From positions 4,554 to 68,553 of the forward strand of contig CAJXVR010000001.1 of assembly GCA_913061285.1 (NCBI GenBank): a stretch of DNA of 64,000 bases, read 5' to 3'. The position numbers were made by a program, and so were the translations under genes. Numbering within the stretch: the stretch's first letter is position 1; each line of letters opens with the position of its first letter. Below the pieces are notes generated by a model, which saw only the letters and a program-made list of their open reading frames with translations, was not told where the DNA came from and searched no databases. Positions 27,184-36,045 of this stretch are shown one piece after another. Source of the stretch: an uncultured Verrucomicrobiota bacterium (GTDB lineage: Bacteria > Verrucomicrobiota > Verrucomicrobiia > Limisphaerales > AAA164-E04).

Positions 27184-27418
27184 AGGGGGAGGCTATCAGC
27201 TGAGATATCGAGATGAAAGAAATTGGGATCTCGATTGTGGCGTGAGAAAAGAAGCTTCCGTGGCTTCTGTTGTAGAACCATTGGCGAGCCATTCGGGTGT
27301 GACTCTCTTGGGAGACCTGGTGCCTTCATTCTAAAGATTCATGACGAGTAAATTCTGGATTTTCCTCTGATGACCTGGCTATCGTCACATCGGCCTGAGG
27401 TGGATTCAGGCATGTACC

Positions 27419-28303
27419 ATGTCCTCAGCCGAAACCACAGAAATGCCCGAGCGAATCATCCGGCCAAAAACGGGATTGATTGGCGTTAATTTTCGGGAAT
27501 TGTGGCGGTTCCGAGAATTGTTCTTTTTCTTGTCCTGGCGTGATGTTCTGATCCGGTATAAGCAAACGGCACTCGGCGTTCTTTGGGTGATTCTTCAACC
27601 TCTTACAAGTGTCGTGGTTTTCACGGTGATTTTTGGGAAAATGGCGAATCTGGACTCCCATGGCACGCCCTATCCGCTCATTACCCTCGCGGCCCTGATT
27701 CCTTGGCAAATGTTTTCAAATGCGGTTGGGGCCAGCAGCCTTTCATTGATCTCTTCGGCCAATCTGGTGACGAAGATTTATTTTCCGCGTTTGATCATTC
27801 CTCTGAGCTCTACCTTAGGTACTCTGGTCGATTCCCTTGTCGGTATCCTACTGCTGTTTGTTTTCATCTTCGGATACCTGTTTGGGAGGGAATTCGGGTT
27901 GATTGAGGTGCCAGTGGGAGTAGGGCTTCACTGGCAGTTAGTTTTGATGCCGATCTTTTTCGCCTATGCTTTGTTAGCAGCTATCGCCTGTGGTCTTTGG
28001 TTTAGTGCCCTCAATGTGCAGTATCGGGATGTGAAGTACGTTATTCCCTTCATGCTCCGCATCGCGATGCTCGTCAGTCCCGTGGGATACTTGTCGAGTG
28101 AAATCCCTGAGAACTATCGTCTGCTCTATTCAATAAATCCTTTGGTTGGAGTGATCGATGGGTTTCGATGGAGCGTTCTCGGGAGCGAGTTTCAACCTTA
28201 TTGGCCTGGTTTTTGTTTGGGGGCTACTGTCGTTTTGTTTTTCTTGGTGACTGGTGTGATGTTCTTCCGCAACACGGAGCGGAAGTTTGCCGATATTATA
28301 TAG
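27419..28303 (+). CDS. ABC-2 type polysaccharide/O-antigen export permease (Wzm/TagG-like)
   Basis: Six hydrophobic segments. The conserved N-terminal LWRFRELFFFLSWRDVLIRYKQTALGVLWVILQP is typical of Wzm/KpsM/TagG permeases. Confidence 0.85.
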   Translation: MSSAETTEMPERIIRPKTGLIGVNFRELWRFRELFFFLSWRDVLIRYKQTALGVLWVILQPLTSVVVFTVIFGKMANLDSHGTPYPLITLAALIPWQMFSNAVGASSLSLISSANLVTKIYFPRLIIPLSSTLGTLVDSLVGILLLFVFIFGYLFGREFGLIEVPVGVGLHWQLVLMPIFFAYALLAAIACGLWFSALNVQYRDVKYVIPFMLRIAMLVSPVGYLSSEIPENYRLLYSINPLVGVIDGFRWSVLGSEFQPYWPGFCLGATVVLFFLVTGVMFFRNTERKFADII

Positions 28304-28354
28304 GCTTTCGAGGTGTTTTGAATCGTTCGAATATTGAGAGCACCCCTAATCAAG

Positions 28355-29599
28355 ATGAGTGACCCAGTTATTAGCGTCGCCGGGATCGGCAAGGAGTATG
28401 TGCTCGGGGTATCGATGTCGGGCAACATGTTGCGCGAGCAGATTGCTTCCGGGGTTCGGAAGATCTTCCAACGGGTGGAGCGGCCGAATCGACAACAGCA
28501 GCGTTTTTGGGCCTTGAAGGATGTGTCCTTTCGAGTCGATCAAGGTGAGGTTGTTGGGGTAATCGGGCATAATGGAGCGGGTAAAAGTACACTGTTGAAG
28601 GTGCTTTCGGAGATTACGGAGCCTTCGACCGGAGAAATCCGTGTCCGAGGGAGGATCGCTAGTTTGTTGGAAGTTGGGACCGGCTTTCATCCCGAGCTTT
28701 CAGGGCGTGAGAATATTTATCTCAATGGGGCGATCCTAGGAATGACACGATCTGAGATTAGTCGGAAATTTGATGAGATCGTAGCCTTCTCAGGCGTCGA
28801 GCGGTTTTTGGAAACTCCGGTAAAGCGTTTCAGCAGTGGAATGTACGTTCGCCTCGCCTTCTCGGTTGCTGCCCACCTTGAACCCGAGATTCTTGTGATT
28901 GATGAGGTCTTAGCAGTTGGTGATCTTGAGTTTCAGAAGCGCTGCCTGGGTAAGATGGGTGATGTCGCGAGGAGCGGTCGGACGGTGCTCTTTGTTTCGC
29001 ACAACATGACTGCGATTCACGATCTATGTGAAAGAAGTCTCTTGCTGAATCATGGAGAATTGGTGGCCGATGGGGCTACCGGGGATGTGATCAACGGCTA
29101 CCTTAGTGGGCTAAATACCGATGCTTCGATTAAGCGGAAGGTTTCGAATGATGCCGATGCATGGGTGACAGATGTTCGCCTGATCTATGAGGGCTCGGAA
29201 TCGCGCCAGGGGTTCAAGATGGGACAGTCTCTTTGTGTTGAGATTAGCTATGAAACGAAAAAGAAGGTGGAGCATCTCGGCTTTGGGATCTCCATTGAGG
29301 ACTGTATTCAGAGCACGCGTGTTTTTGCGAGTGTGAGTAGTATTCATGGAATTCAGTTGGAGAACGTTGAGGGGGAAGGACGGGCGAGGGTCTGTTTTCC
29401 AGATCTTAAACTGGTGCCTGGTCGGTATATGGTCACGATTACTCTGAACGCCAAGAGTTTTCAGTATGATCGCCTGGAGGGAGTTCGGATCTTGGATGTC
29501 TTAGGACAGGATGAACTCGGAACGGGGTGGGTGCTCAGCCGGCAGCGCAACGGGGTTGTTTGGCTGAATCATGAATGGCTTCTTGATGGGCGCCAGTGA
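28355..29599 (+). CDS. Polysaccharide export ABC ATPase (Wzt/TagH-like) with a C-terminal beta-sandwich extension
   Basis: Walker A GHNGAGKST, signature FSSGMYVRL, Walker B ILVIDEVLAVGD. A C-terminal extension of ~170 aa follows, as in Wzt carbohydrate-binding domains. The track start at 28334 is a TTG. Confidence 0.85.
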   Translation: MSDPVISVAGIGKEYVLGVSMSGNMLREQIASGVRKIFQRVERPNRQQQRFWALKDVSFRVDQGEVVGVIGHNGAGKSTLLKVLSEITEPSTGEIRVRGRIASLLEVGTGFHPELSGRENIYLNGAILGMTRSEISRKFDEIVAFSGVERFLETPVKRFSSGMYVRLAFSVAAHLEPEILVIDEVLAVGDLEFQKRCLGKMGDVARSGRTVLFVSHNMTAIHDLCERSLLLNHGELVADGATGDVINGYLSGLNTDASIKRKVSNDADAWVTDVRLIYEGSESRQGFKMGQSLCVEISYETKKKVEHLGFGISIEDCIQSTRVFASVSSIHGIQLENVEGEGRARVCFPDLKLVPGRYMVTITLNAKSFQYDRLEGVRILDVLGQDELGTGWVLSRQRNGVVWLNHEWLLDGRQ

Positions 29600-29663
29600 T
29601 TGGTATCGTTCTGGTATCTCCTTAAACTCTTGATGCCCTGATCGTGGGCCATCAGGAGGCAAC

Positions 29664-30626
29664 CTACCTCAGCCGCTTTAGAGGTAGTTTGAGTAGTCCA
29701 AGGATCGAGCGGAGAGAGGTCGTGTTCCCTTTTCCTTTCAGGGCTGCTTGGCCGTACTTGACGGCCGCTTGACGAAACGCTCCTTGTACGGAGAGGCCAT
29801 GCGCCCAATCGAAATAGTCCGTTGCAATTTTAGATTTCAATAGAGACCTCTCAGCACGGCTAAGCTCGGGGTGATGCTTTCGGAGTAATTCCTCTTTCGC
29901 GAAGATATCGTTTTCAAGGAGTAGCCCATAGCTCCGGTTCATCTGTCGGATATTCGTATCGTGAGTTCTGAGATGCCAAAGGACGTCCGTACAAAACGCT
30001 ACTTGGCATCTTGAGGCGATGACGTAGTCCATAAAAAAGAGAAAATCATCGCCCCGACGGAGGCGTTTGTCTGGGAGGTGCTGGAGATGAGAGCGACGAA
30101 AAAGCGCCCCGGAGGGGGTGTGCGGAAAGTGACTGAAGTAGAGGCGCCGGGCTTGTGTCTCATCAAGAATTGTCCAACCGTTCTTTGAGTTGGGATCAAT
30201 GTAGGGACTTAGCCAGGGACGCTCGTTCTTAAAGACGTTTGGTTCGAAGGCCTCACCAACAGCGTTCACTCGATCATGATTTGAAAAAGCGATTGCCACC
30301 TCAGGGTGCTGAAACATTGGGAGTAGGGTCGAAAGGAACTGGTCGCTCCAGTAATCATCGGAATCGAGCAGCCCGACAAGTTCGCCCGTGGTTTGTTCGA
30401 TGCCAAAGGCGCGCGCCGTTGCTTGGCCTTGGTTTTTCTGATAGCTGTAGCGGATTCGATCCCCGAATCCAGCGACAACCTTTTTAGTGGAATCCGTGGA
30501 TCCATCATCAACGACCAAGATCTCGAGGGAGTCATGGCCTTGATTCAGAACACCTTCGATGCATTGCCCGATGAACCGGGCATGGTTGAAGGTGGGAATG
30601 ATCACACTGATTCGTGGTGAAGACAT
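29664..30626 (-). CDS. Family 2 glycosyltransferase
   Basis: ISVIIPTFNHARFI...LEILVVDDGSTD...LDSDD motifs. Confidence 0.85.
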   Translation of the reverse strand: MSSPRISVIIPTFNHARFIGQCIEGVLNQGHDSLEILVVDDGSTDSTKKVVAGFGDRIRYSYQKNQGQATARAFGIEQTTGELVGLLDSDDYWSDQFLSTLLPMFQHPEVAIAFSNHDRVNAVGEAFEPNVFKNERPWLSPYIDPNSKNGWTILDETQARRLYFSHFPHTPSGALFRRSHLQHLPDKRLRRGDDFLFFMDYVIASRCQVAFCTDVLWHLRTHDTNIRQMNRSYGLLLENDIFAKEELLRKHHPELSRAERSLLKSKIATDYFDWAHGLSVQGAFRQAAVKYGQAALKGKGNTTSLRSILGLLKLPLKRLR

Positions 30627-30719
30627 TGTTGGAGCTAAGGCTTTTTCTGGGCTTGGTAAGTGGCTTCGCTTGGTTTTTTCTGAAGCCTAGTGGATCAAGG
30701 TCCGGCTGACGAGATTGTT

Positions 30720-32177
30720 TCAGCGATCTCTTGCCGGTGCCAAGACCAGTCGGAATCCAATATCGCTGCATCGGTTGTTTGGACCGTAGTCGTCGCGATT
30801 CGCTGAACGGCAATTGCCTGCGGAGTAAAGCCAGGATCCTCCCCGGGCAACACGGAGCCAACCGTCATCGGCCGCTGAGTAATCCGTCATTTTCCCACCG
30901 GGATAGGCGTATTGCCATTGATCCAGGCACCATTCCCAAACGTTTCCATGCATGTCGTGGAGTCCCCATGGATTCGGTTTTAGCATGCCAACGGGATGAG
31001 GGCTCGAGTCACTGTTTTCAACAAACCAAGCGTAATGAATAAGATTGGAGTGACTCAAGTCATCCCCGTAACTGAAACGGGTCGAGCTTCCGGCCCGGCA
31101 CGCATACTCCCACTCAGATTCGGTTGGCAAGCGAAAGATCATGCCCTGGGGAAGAGTCCCGGCTTCCTTGGCTTCACGGTTCTTTTCCCTGCAGAATGCG
31201 AGGGCGTCGTGCCAGCTTACTTTCTCAACGGGGTATTGAGGATCTCTTTGAAACGTACTCGGGTTGACGCCCATCAGCGCGGTGTACTCGTCTTGGGTGA
31301 CTTCAAACTTCGACATCCAAAATCCCTGCGTCAGGGTTATTTCCGTCTGTGGCCCCTCGTCGGAGCCTCTACCCAATTCGTGGGTGGCGCTGCCTAAAGT
31401 AAAACGCCCGGGCGGGATCCAAGCGAGGTTCTCAAAGGGCGGAGGCGACGGGGCTTCTGCCAATGTTCCGGCTTCGCCGCCGCTGAAGGCCCGTTGTACG
31501 CTGACCGGAGTGAATCCTTCACGGCAATAGAGATCTCGAATATCCCAGATTGAAATGGCCAGGTCACCAGTGAGATCAAGACGGAATGGGATGGTTTCGA
31601 TTCCTATGGTGCCGGAGCGTTCGCTGCCGTTTTTGTGGTAAATGGTCACTTCTCTGGGATCGGTTCCGAATCGAATGGATTCGGTTGCTGATATCTCGAT
31701 GATCCCGTGCTGGACACCCGTTCGGACCGGGATGCTTGGGCTGAGGATTCTTCCGCTGAGCATGCTTCCATCCCGAAGAAGCAGGTACTGGCTCATTTCG
31801 TTCTCAGGAGCGCCTTTCCTCCTGGAGTTTTCCTCAAGCGCTTGAATCGTTGCTGCTAAGAATTCGGAGGTGGTCTCCTGGGAACGAAGCGTTATCGGAT
31901 GATGGGCGATTCCGTGTATGAGATTCCGATTGCGGGTTCTTACTTGATCGAGGCTCTGCGGGCCTTTGCCATAGATGACCCGTTCAATCGAACTCATCGG
32001 GATCTTGAGAGCCCCGATCCGACTATGGAGCCAAAGTTCCTCAGAAAGTGCCAGGCCCACATGGCTGGATTGATCCTTCAGGGTGATCTTGAACTCAGAG
32101 TTCCTACCTTGGCCCGTTAAGCCAGTGATTGAATACCAGGCAAGGAGCAGGGATACGATTCCTGAATGGCACTTCAT
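30720..32177 (-). CDS. Secreted FGE-sulfatase (SUMF1) domain protein with an uncharacterised N-terminal half
   Basis: Signal peptide present. The C-terminal half carries WHDALAFC, LPTESEWEYACRAG, GLHDMHGNVWEWC, RGGSW and IGFRLV, which are typical FGE-family motifs. Confidence 0.8.
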   Translation of the reverse strand: MKCHSGIVSLLLAWYSITGLTGQGRNSEFKITLKDQSSHVGLALSEELWLHSRIGALKIPMSSIERVIYGKGPQSLDQVRTRNRNLIHGIAHHPITLRSQETTSEFLAATIQALEENSRRKGAPENEMSQYLLLRDGSMLSGRILSPSIPVRTGVQHGIIEISATESIRFGTDPREVTIYHKNGSERSGTIGIETIPFRLDLTGDLAISIWDIRDLYCREGFTPVSVQRAFSGGEAGTLAEAPSPPPFENLAWIPPGRFTLGSATHELGRGSDEGPQTEITLTQGFWMSKFEVTQDEYTALMGVNPSTFQRDPQYPVEKVSWHDALAFCREKNREAKEAGTLPQGMIFRLPTESEWEYACRAGSSTRFSYGDDLSHSNLIHYAWFVENSDSSPHPVGMLKPNPWGLHDMHGNVWEWCLDQWQYAYPGGKMTDYSAADDGWLRVARGGSWLYSAGNCRSANRDDYGPNNRCSDIGFRLVLAPARDR

Positions 32178-32199
32178 GATCGAATGGTTTCAGCCATGA

Positions 32200-33924
32200 C
32201 TATTTCTGTGGGTCAAGAGATCTGAAGCGGGCAATTGTGAGGAGGACGAGACTGAGAGAGATTCCAAACATCCACGCGAGAACCTGGAGTTCATCGCCAG
32301 GGTTTGCGATGCCTCCGAGGACTTTGTCCATCGTTCGAACGATCTCAAAGTAAGAAAGCTCTGGGAGCCCAGCGAAATCAAAGATGAGATTTGAAATGTG
32401 CCAGAGACCAACCGTGCCTAGGATGGCAACCAGTGAGTTCCGGAATAGGACCGCCAGAAAAAGCGAAAAACTTACTAGGAAGGCAGCACATCCGAAAACC
32501 TTAGCACTTGCGATCAGCATCCAAGGCAGGGTGACGGATGTGGTTCGGGTTTCGATATCGTCTTCTCCGTGTCCGGTCAAAGCGTTCATTAGCTTGGCGC
32601 TGTTGCTTAGTTTTTCTTCGGGCGGAGGCAAGACCATGCGAACATCGGCATTGAGTCCGAGAAGGCCTAAGGTGCCGTCGCCTTGAAAGCGAACGATCAC
32701 GTAATTGCTGTCTCTTCCATACCGGTCTTTTTCGGTCATGGCTCCGAGTCGTTCGATCGTGCCTTTAAACTCTGAACTCTGAACCGTCACGTAGGCGTCC
32801 AACCCCTCTTCGAGACGCTTAAATTCTGTGAAGTTGTAGATCGGGACTCTGAGTTCATAGTCGTCGAGCGGGGCAATAGTGAAGAGATGGGCGCCCACCC
32901 CGACGCTCTGAGAGGCTTGAATAATCACTTCGGTCACATAGCCCGTGATTGGAGCGGTAATCGTGGCGTCGCTGACTTTTTTTCGGGCGGCGAGGATCTT
33001 TGTTTGTGCCTCTTCACCAGCTCGTTCGGCCGTGCGGATTGCCGCTCTGGCTTGGTGCATCGCGTTTTCAGCATCTTTCAACTCTCGCTTTCTGGACCGT
33101 AGATCAGCCTCACGATCGGATTGCTCCAATTTGCTCATCAGATCTTTAGCGATCAGAACGCGTTCGGCTCGTGTCAATGCCTCTTCTGCCTGGGAAACTG
33201 CCCGTTTCGAGTTTTCATAGCGCCGGTGGCTATTGTCGATTTCGTTTCGACTGTCCTGTTCTGTTCTTCGAGCCGATTCAAGAGCATCGTAAAGAAGCCG
33301 ATCATCAATCAGTGAAAGGACATCCCCAGCATGGACCTCATCTCCCACCTCGATATTCATTTCAAGAATCGATCCCTCGACGGCAGCAAAGATCTTCTTC
33401 GGTTCCCAAGCCTCGACGGTAACGCTCTGTGCGTTGGCTGAAACATAGCCAGTCTCTGTTCTAACGAGGTCATCTTGACGGATGGCCCAGAAGCTAGCTG
33501 GAAGAATGACCGCAGCGATGAGACAGATCGTGGTAAGGAGTCGCGCGAAGAGTTTGGCGCTGATGTACTCGGACCGGGTGATGCCTCTACTGAGAATCGC
33601 GTCACCCAGACACTCCTGTTCTCGTATGAGCGCACTACCCGCTATGAAGATGATCCCGTGCATCCAAATGAGAATGTACGTGCTATAGAGGGTTTCGAGC
33701 ATTTGACTCGCTGAGGCTTGGTTCCCTTGCATGCCTTTCAATGCGAGGATTGAAACCAGCAAGGTGACGACGAAGAAGCCGCGGACGAGCCAGGAGCGGG
33801 TGCAGGCTTGGAGATCGGTGAGAACGAGGACCCTCAGCGTTCGCAACGTTGAGGGTACGATACGGGGTGTCGCGACGGAGGAAGCCGGTGGTCTGGCTCG
33901 TGCTGTTTCGCTTGGATCTTGCAT
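32200..33924 (-). CDS. ABC-2-like permease with an inserted HlyD/membrane-fusion-protein domain
   Basis: Three hydrophobic helices are followed by HlyD-type lipoyl half-motifs (GSILEMNIEVGDEVHAGDVLSLID and ITAPITGYVTEVIIQASQSVGVGAHLFTIAP). These bracket a ~110-aa heptad-rich segment, and three more helices follow. The track start at 33954 is a TTG; the ATG at 33924 lies 7 nt after the ATPase stop. Confidence 0.65.
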   Translation of the reverse strand: MQDPSETARARPPASSVATPRIVPSTLRTLRVLVLTDLQACTRSWLVRGFFVVTLLVSILALKGMQGNQASASQMLETLYSTYILIWMHGIIFIAGSALIREQECLGDAILSRGITRSEYISAKLFARLLTTICLIAAVILPASFWAIRQDDLVRTETGYVSANAQSVTVEAWEPKKIFAAVEGSILEMNIEVGDEVHAGDVLSLIDDRLLYDALESARRTEQDSRNEIDNSHRRYENSKRAVSQAEEALTRAERVLIAKDLMSKLEQSDREADLRSRKRELKDAENAMHQARAAIRTAERAGEEAQTKILAARKKVSDATITAPITGYVTEVIIQASQSVGVGAHLFTIAPLDDYELRVPIYNFTEFKRLEEGLDAYVTVQSSEFKGTIERLGAMTEKDRYGRDSNYVIVRFQGDGTLGLLGLNADVRMVLPPPEEKLSNSAKLMNALTGHGEDDIETRTTSVTLPWMLIASAKVFGCAAFLVSFSLFLAVLFRNSLVAILGTVGLWHISNLIFDFAGLPELSYFEIVRTMDKVLGGIANPGDELQVLAWMFGISLSLVLLTIARFRSLDPQK

Positions 33925-33931
33925 CGCTGTC

Positions 33932-34903
33932 CTATGGCGTGCCTGCCAAGTCAAAGCCTCGAAATTCGTCGTCAGTGATCAGTTTCAGGTAGGCATCTTC
34001 AAGTTGCCTTCCGGTCGAGTTGATGCCTTCGATTGTCACTGACAGTATCTTGGCGAGTTCGAGTAGTTGAGAAATGAGGTGACCGACGTTCTCTTCTTTC
34101 CGTATTTCAAAGCGAAGCCTGCCACCGTCCCGGCAGAGATCGGTGCGCTTCAATCTTACTTGTATTTCCTGCCGAAAGGTATGGGTGTCTCCGCTGATAC
34201 GCAGCTCAAGAACACTCTGAGGGAGTCGATTCTCCAGCTCATCTCGCGGTCCATTGAATAGCAGTTGTCCCTTGTTAAGAATGACGAGGCGATCACACAC
34301 TCGATCGATATCTCCGAGGATGTGCGAACTAAGAATCACCGTCTTGTTGCCCCGGAGGCGTTCCAGAAGATCAAGGGTTTGCATTCGGCTAATGGGATCA
34401 AGTCCAGCCGTCGGCTCATCCCAAATCAAGAGATCGGGCTCATTCATGAGTGAGGCGGCGACGCCAAGACGTGTCTTCATCCCCGTCGAATAGGTCCCGA
34501 CGCGCCTTCCTGCATCGTCGCTGAGTCCAACCGCTCGGAGGAACGATCCCATTCGTGCATTTCGCTCCAGTTTTGAGAGACCAAATGCTTGGCCAACGAA
34601 GGTAAGGTATTCGATCGCGTTGATATCCTTGGGGAAGACCGGATCGTCAGAGAGATAGCCAAGACGATGCCGGAGGGCCTTCGCCTCGGGAGTCATGGGT
34701 TGATTAAACACTTTGACCGTTCCTGCCGTGGGAGCGATGAGGCCTAAGGTCGTTCGAATCGCGGTCGATTTGCCGGAGCCATTGGCGCCCAGAAGTCCAA
34801 CCGTAGATCCAGTAGGCACTTCAAAGGAAACATCCGCCAATGCGACCTGGCGGTGCTGGTATACCTTTGTTACCCGTTGAAATGCGATTGCCGATCCGTC
34901 CAT
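33932..34903 (-). CDS. ABC transporter ATP-binding protein (ABC-2/CcmA-like)
   Basis: Walker A GANGSGKST, signature YSTGMKTRLG, Walker B LLIWDEPTAGLD, and an H-loop SSHIL. Confidence 0.88.
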   Translation of the reverse strand: MDGSAIAFQRVTKVYQHRQVALADVSFEVPTGSTVGLLGANGSGKSTAIRTTLGLIAPTAGTVKVFNQPMTPEAKALRHRLGYLSDDPVFPKDINAIEYLTFVGQAFGLSKLERNARMGSFLRAVGLSDDAGRRVGTYSTGMKTRLGVAASLMNEPDLLIWDEPTAGLDPISRMQTLDLLERLRGNKTVILSSHILGDIDRVCDRLVILNKGQLLFNGPRDELENRLPQSVLELRISGDTHTFRQEIQVRLKRTDLCRDGGRLRFEIRKEENVGHLISQLLELAKILSVTIEGINSTGRQLEDAYLKLITDDEFRGFDLAGTP

Positions 34904-35057
34904 CGTTGTTCGTGGGTAGCAATTCCCGGTTTCTTTTACAATCTTTTGCTCATCGATACAGGTTGTGACTGTAGCCTTCTGTGACCCATCTGATTATTCA
35001 AAGGGGGATCGATTAGAATGGCGATCAAGGCTGAATCCATGGTTGACTGTGGCTGGA

Positions 35058-35621
35058 ATGAGTGAAGAGCAAATAATCCGCAAGGCGACGTTTAACCCCA
35101 AGGTTTGTAATTACTGGCTTCTTTCTGGCATCATAGTGCTAACCGTAACCGTCGTGGGAATCCCGTTTCTCCTGCTGTGGGTACCGTTGGGACTGATCTT
35201 TACCCGTCGCTATCTCGCCAAGATGGAATGTGAACTGACCTCGAAGGCATTGAAAGTGAAGAAAGGGATTCTGGTAAGGGTCGAGAAAACGATTCCATTG
35301 GAGAAGATTACGGATATGGGAATGATTCAGGGGCCGATCATGCGGCAATGGGATCTCCATACTTTGACGGTGGAAACGGCAGGTCAGTCGGGGCCGGGCT
35401 CGTTGGTCTCACTCACGGGAATCGTCGGAGCAACCGAGTTTAGAGAAGCGGTGCTAGCCCAGAGAGATGCTTCAGTTGCCACACCCGTGGAACCAACGCG
35501 ATCGTCGGGCGAGGTGTTGGATTCTTCGACCAATGACTTACTCGTGGAGATTCGAGATTCATTGCTTCGCCTTGAGCAGGCTCTTGGAGACGGGGCCTCT
35601 AACCAGGGGACAAAAAAATAG
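35058..35621 (+). CDS. Membrane bacterial PH-domain (bPH_2, YdbS-like) protein
   Basis: MSEEQIIRKATFNP, then a two-helix hairpin, then YLAKMECELTSKALKVKKGILVRVEKTIPLEKITDM, as in YdbS/YdbT PH domains. The track start at 34965 is a GTG. Confidence 0.6.
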   Translation: MSEEQIIRKATFNPKVCNYWLLSGIIVLTVTVVGIPFLLLWVPLGLIFTRRYLAKMECELTSKALKVKKGILVRVEKTIPLEKITDMGMIQGPIMRQWDLHTLTVETAGQSGPGSLVSLTGIVGATEFREAVLAQRDASVATPVEPTRSSGEVLDSSTNDLLVEIRDSLLRLEQALGDGASNQGTKK

Positions 35622-35645
35622 GTGCCTGCGTCTAAGGATTGATAG

Positions 35646-36044
35646 ATGAAAGAATACTCGATTCCCTTTGAACAGCGGATGGTTATTCTAAGTGTGCTCG
35701 GTCTTCCGTTTCTCTTTAGAGAAGAACTGGCTCTTGCTATTTTTCTTCCTCTTGCTGCCTGGATGATTTGGGGTGATTGGAGGGTGATTCAGGTGGATCG
35801 AGAAAAACTATATTTTCGGGCTGGCTGGTTTTCGGGTTGGTGTGAGGTTGATTGGGTGATGGTTGAGAAAGCGGAATGGGTCGGCTTCGATAATGCATCT
35901 TTGTCGCTCAGTGACGGAAAACAGTATCTCGTATCCTATAGCGGTCTGTCTGATGCAGATCGCTCTGAAGTGGCTGGTTGGATTCACCATTGTTGTCGGT
36001 CGGGATTACGTCGCGCTTTGAATACCGTTGGCTCTGGAGAATAG
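35646..36044 (+). CDS. Small membrane protein (hypothetical, possibly PH-like)
   Basis: 132 aa with two N-terminal hydrophobic helices and then a beta-rich soluble part. It starts 24 nt after the bPH_2 gene, and only 1 nt separates its stop from the next gene. Confidence 0.45.
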   Translation: MKEYSIPFEQRMVILSVLGLPFLFREELALAIFLPLAAWMIWGDWRVIQVDREKLYFRAGWFSGWCEVDWVMVEKAEWVGFDNASLSLSDGKQYLVSYSGLSDADRSEVAGWIHHCCRSGLRRALNTVGSGE

Positions 36045-36045
36045 T

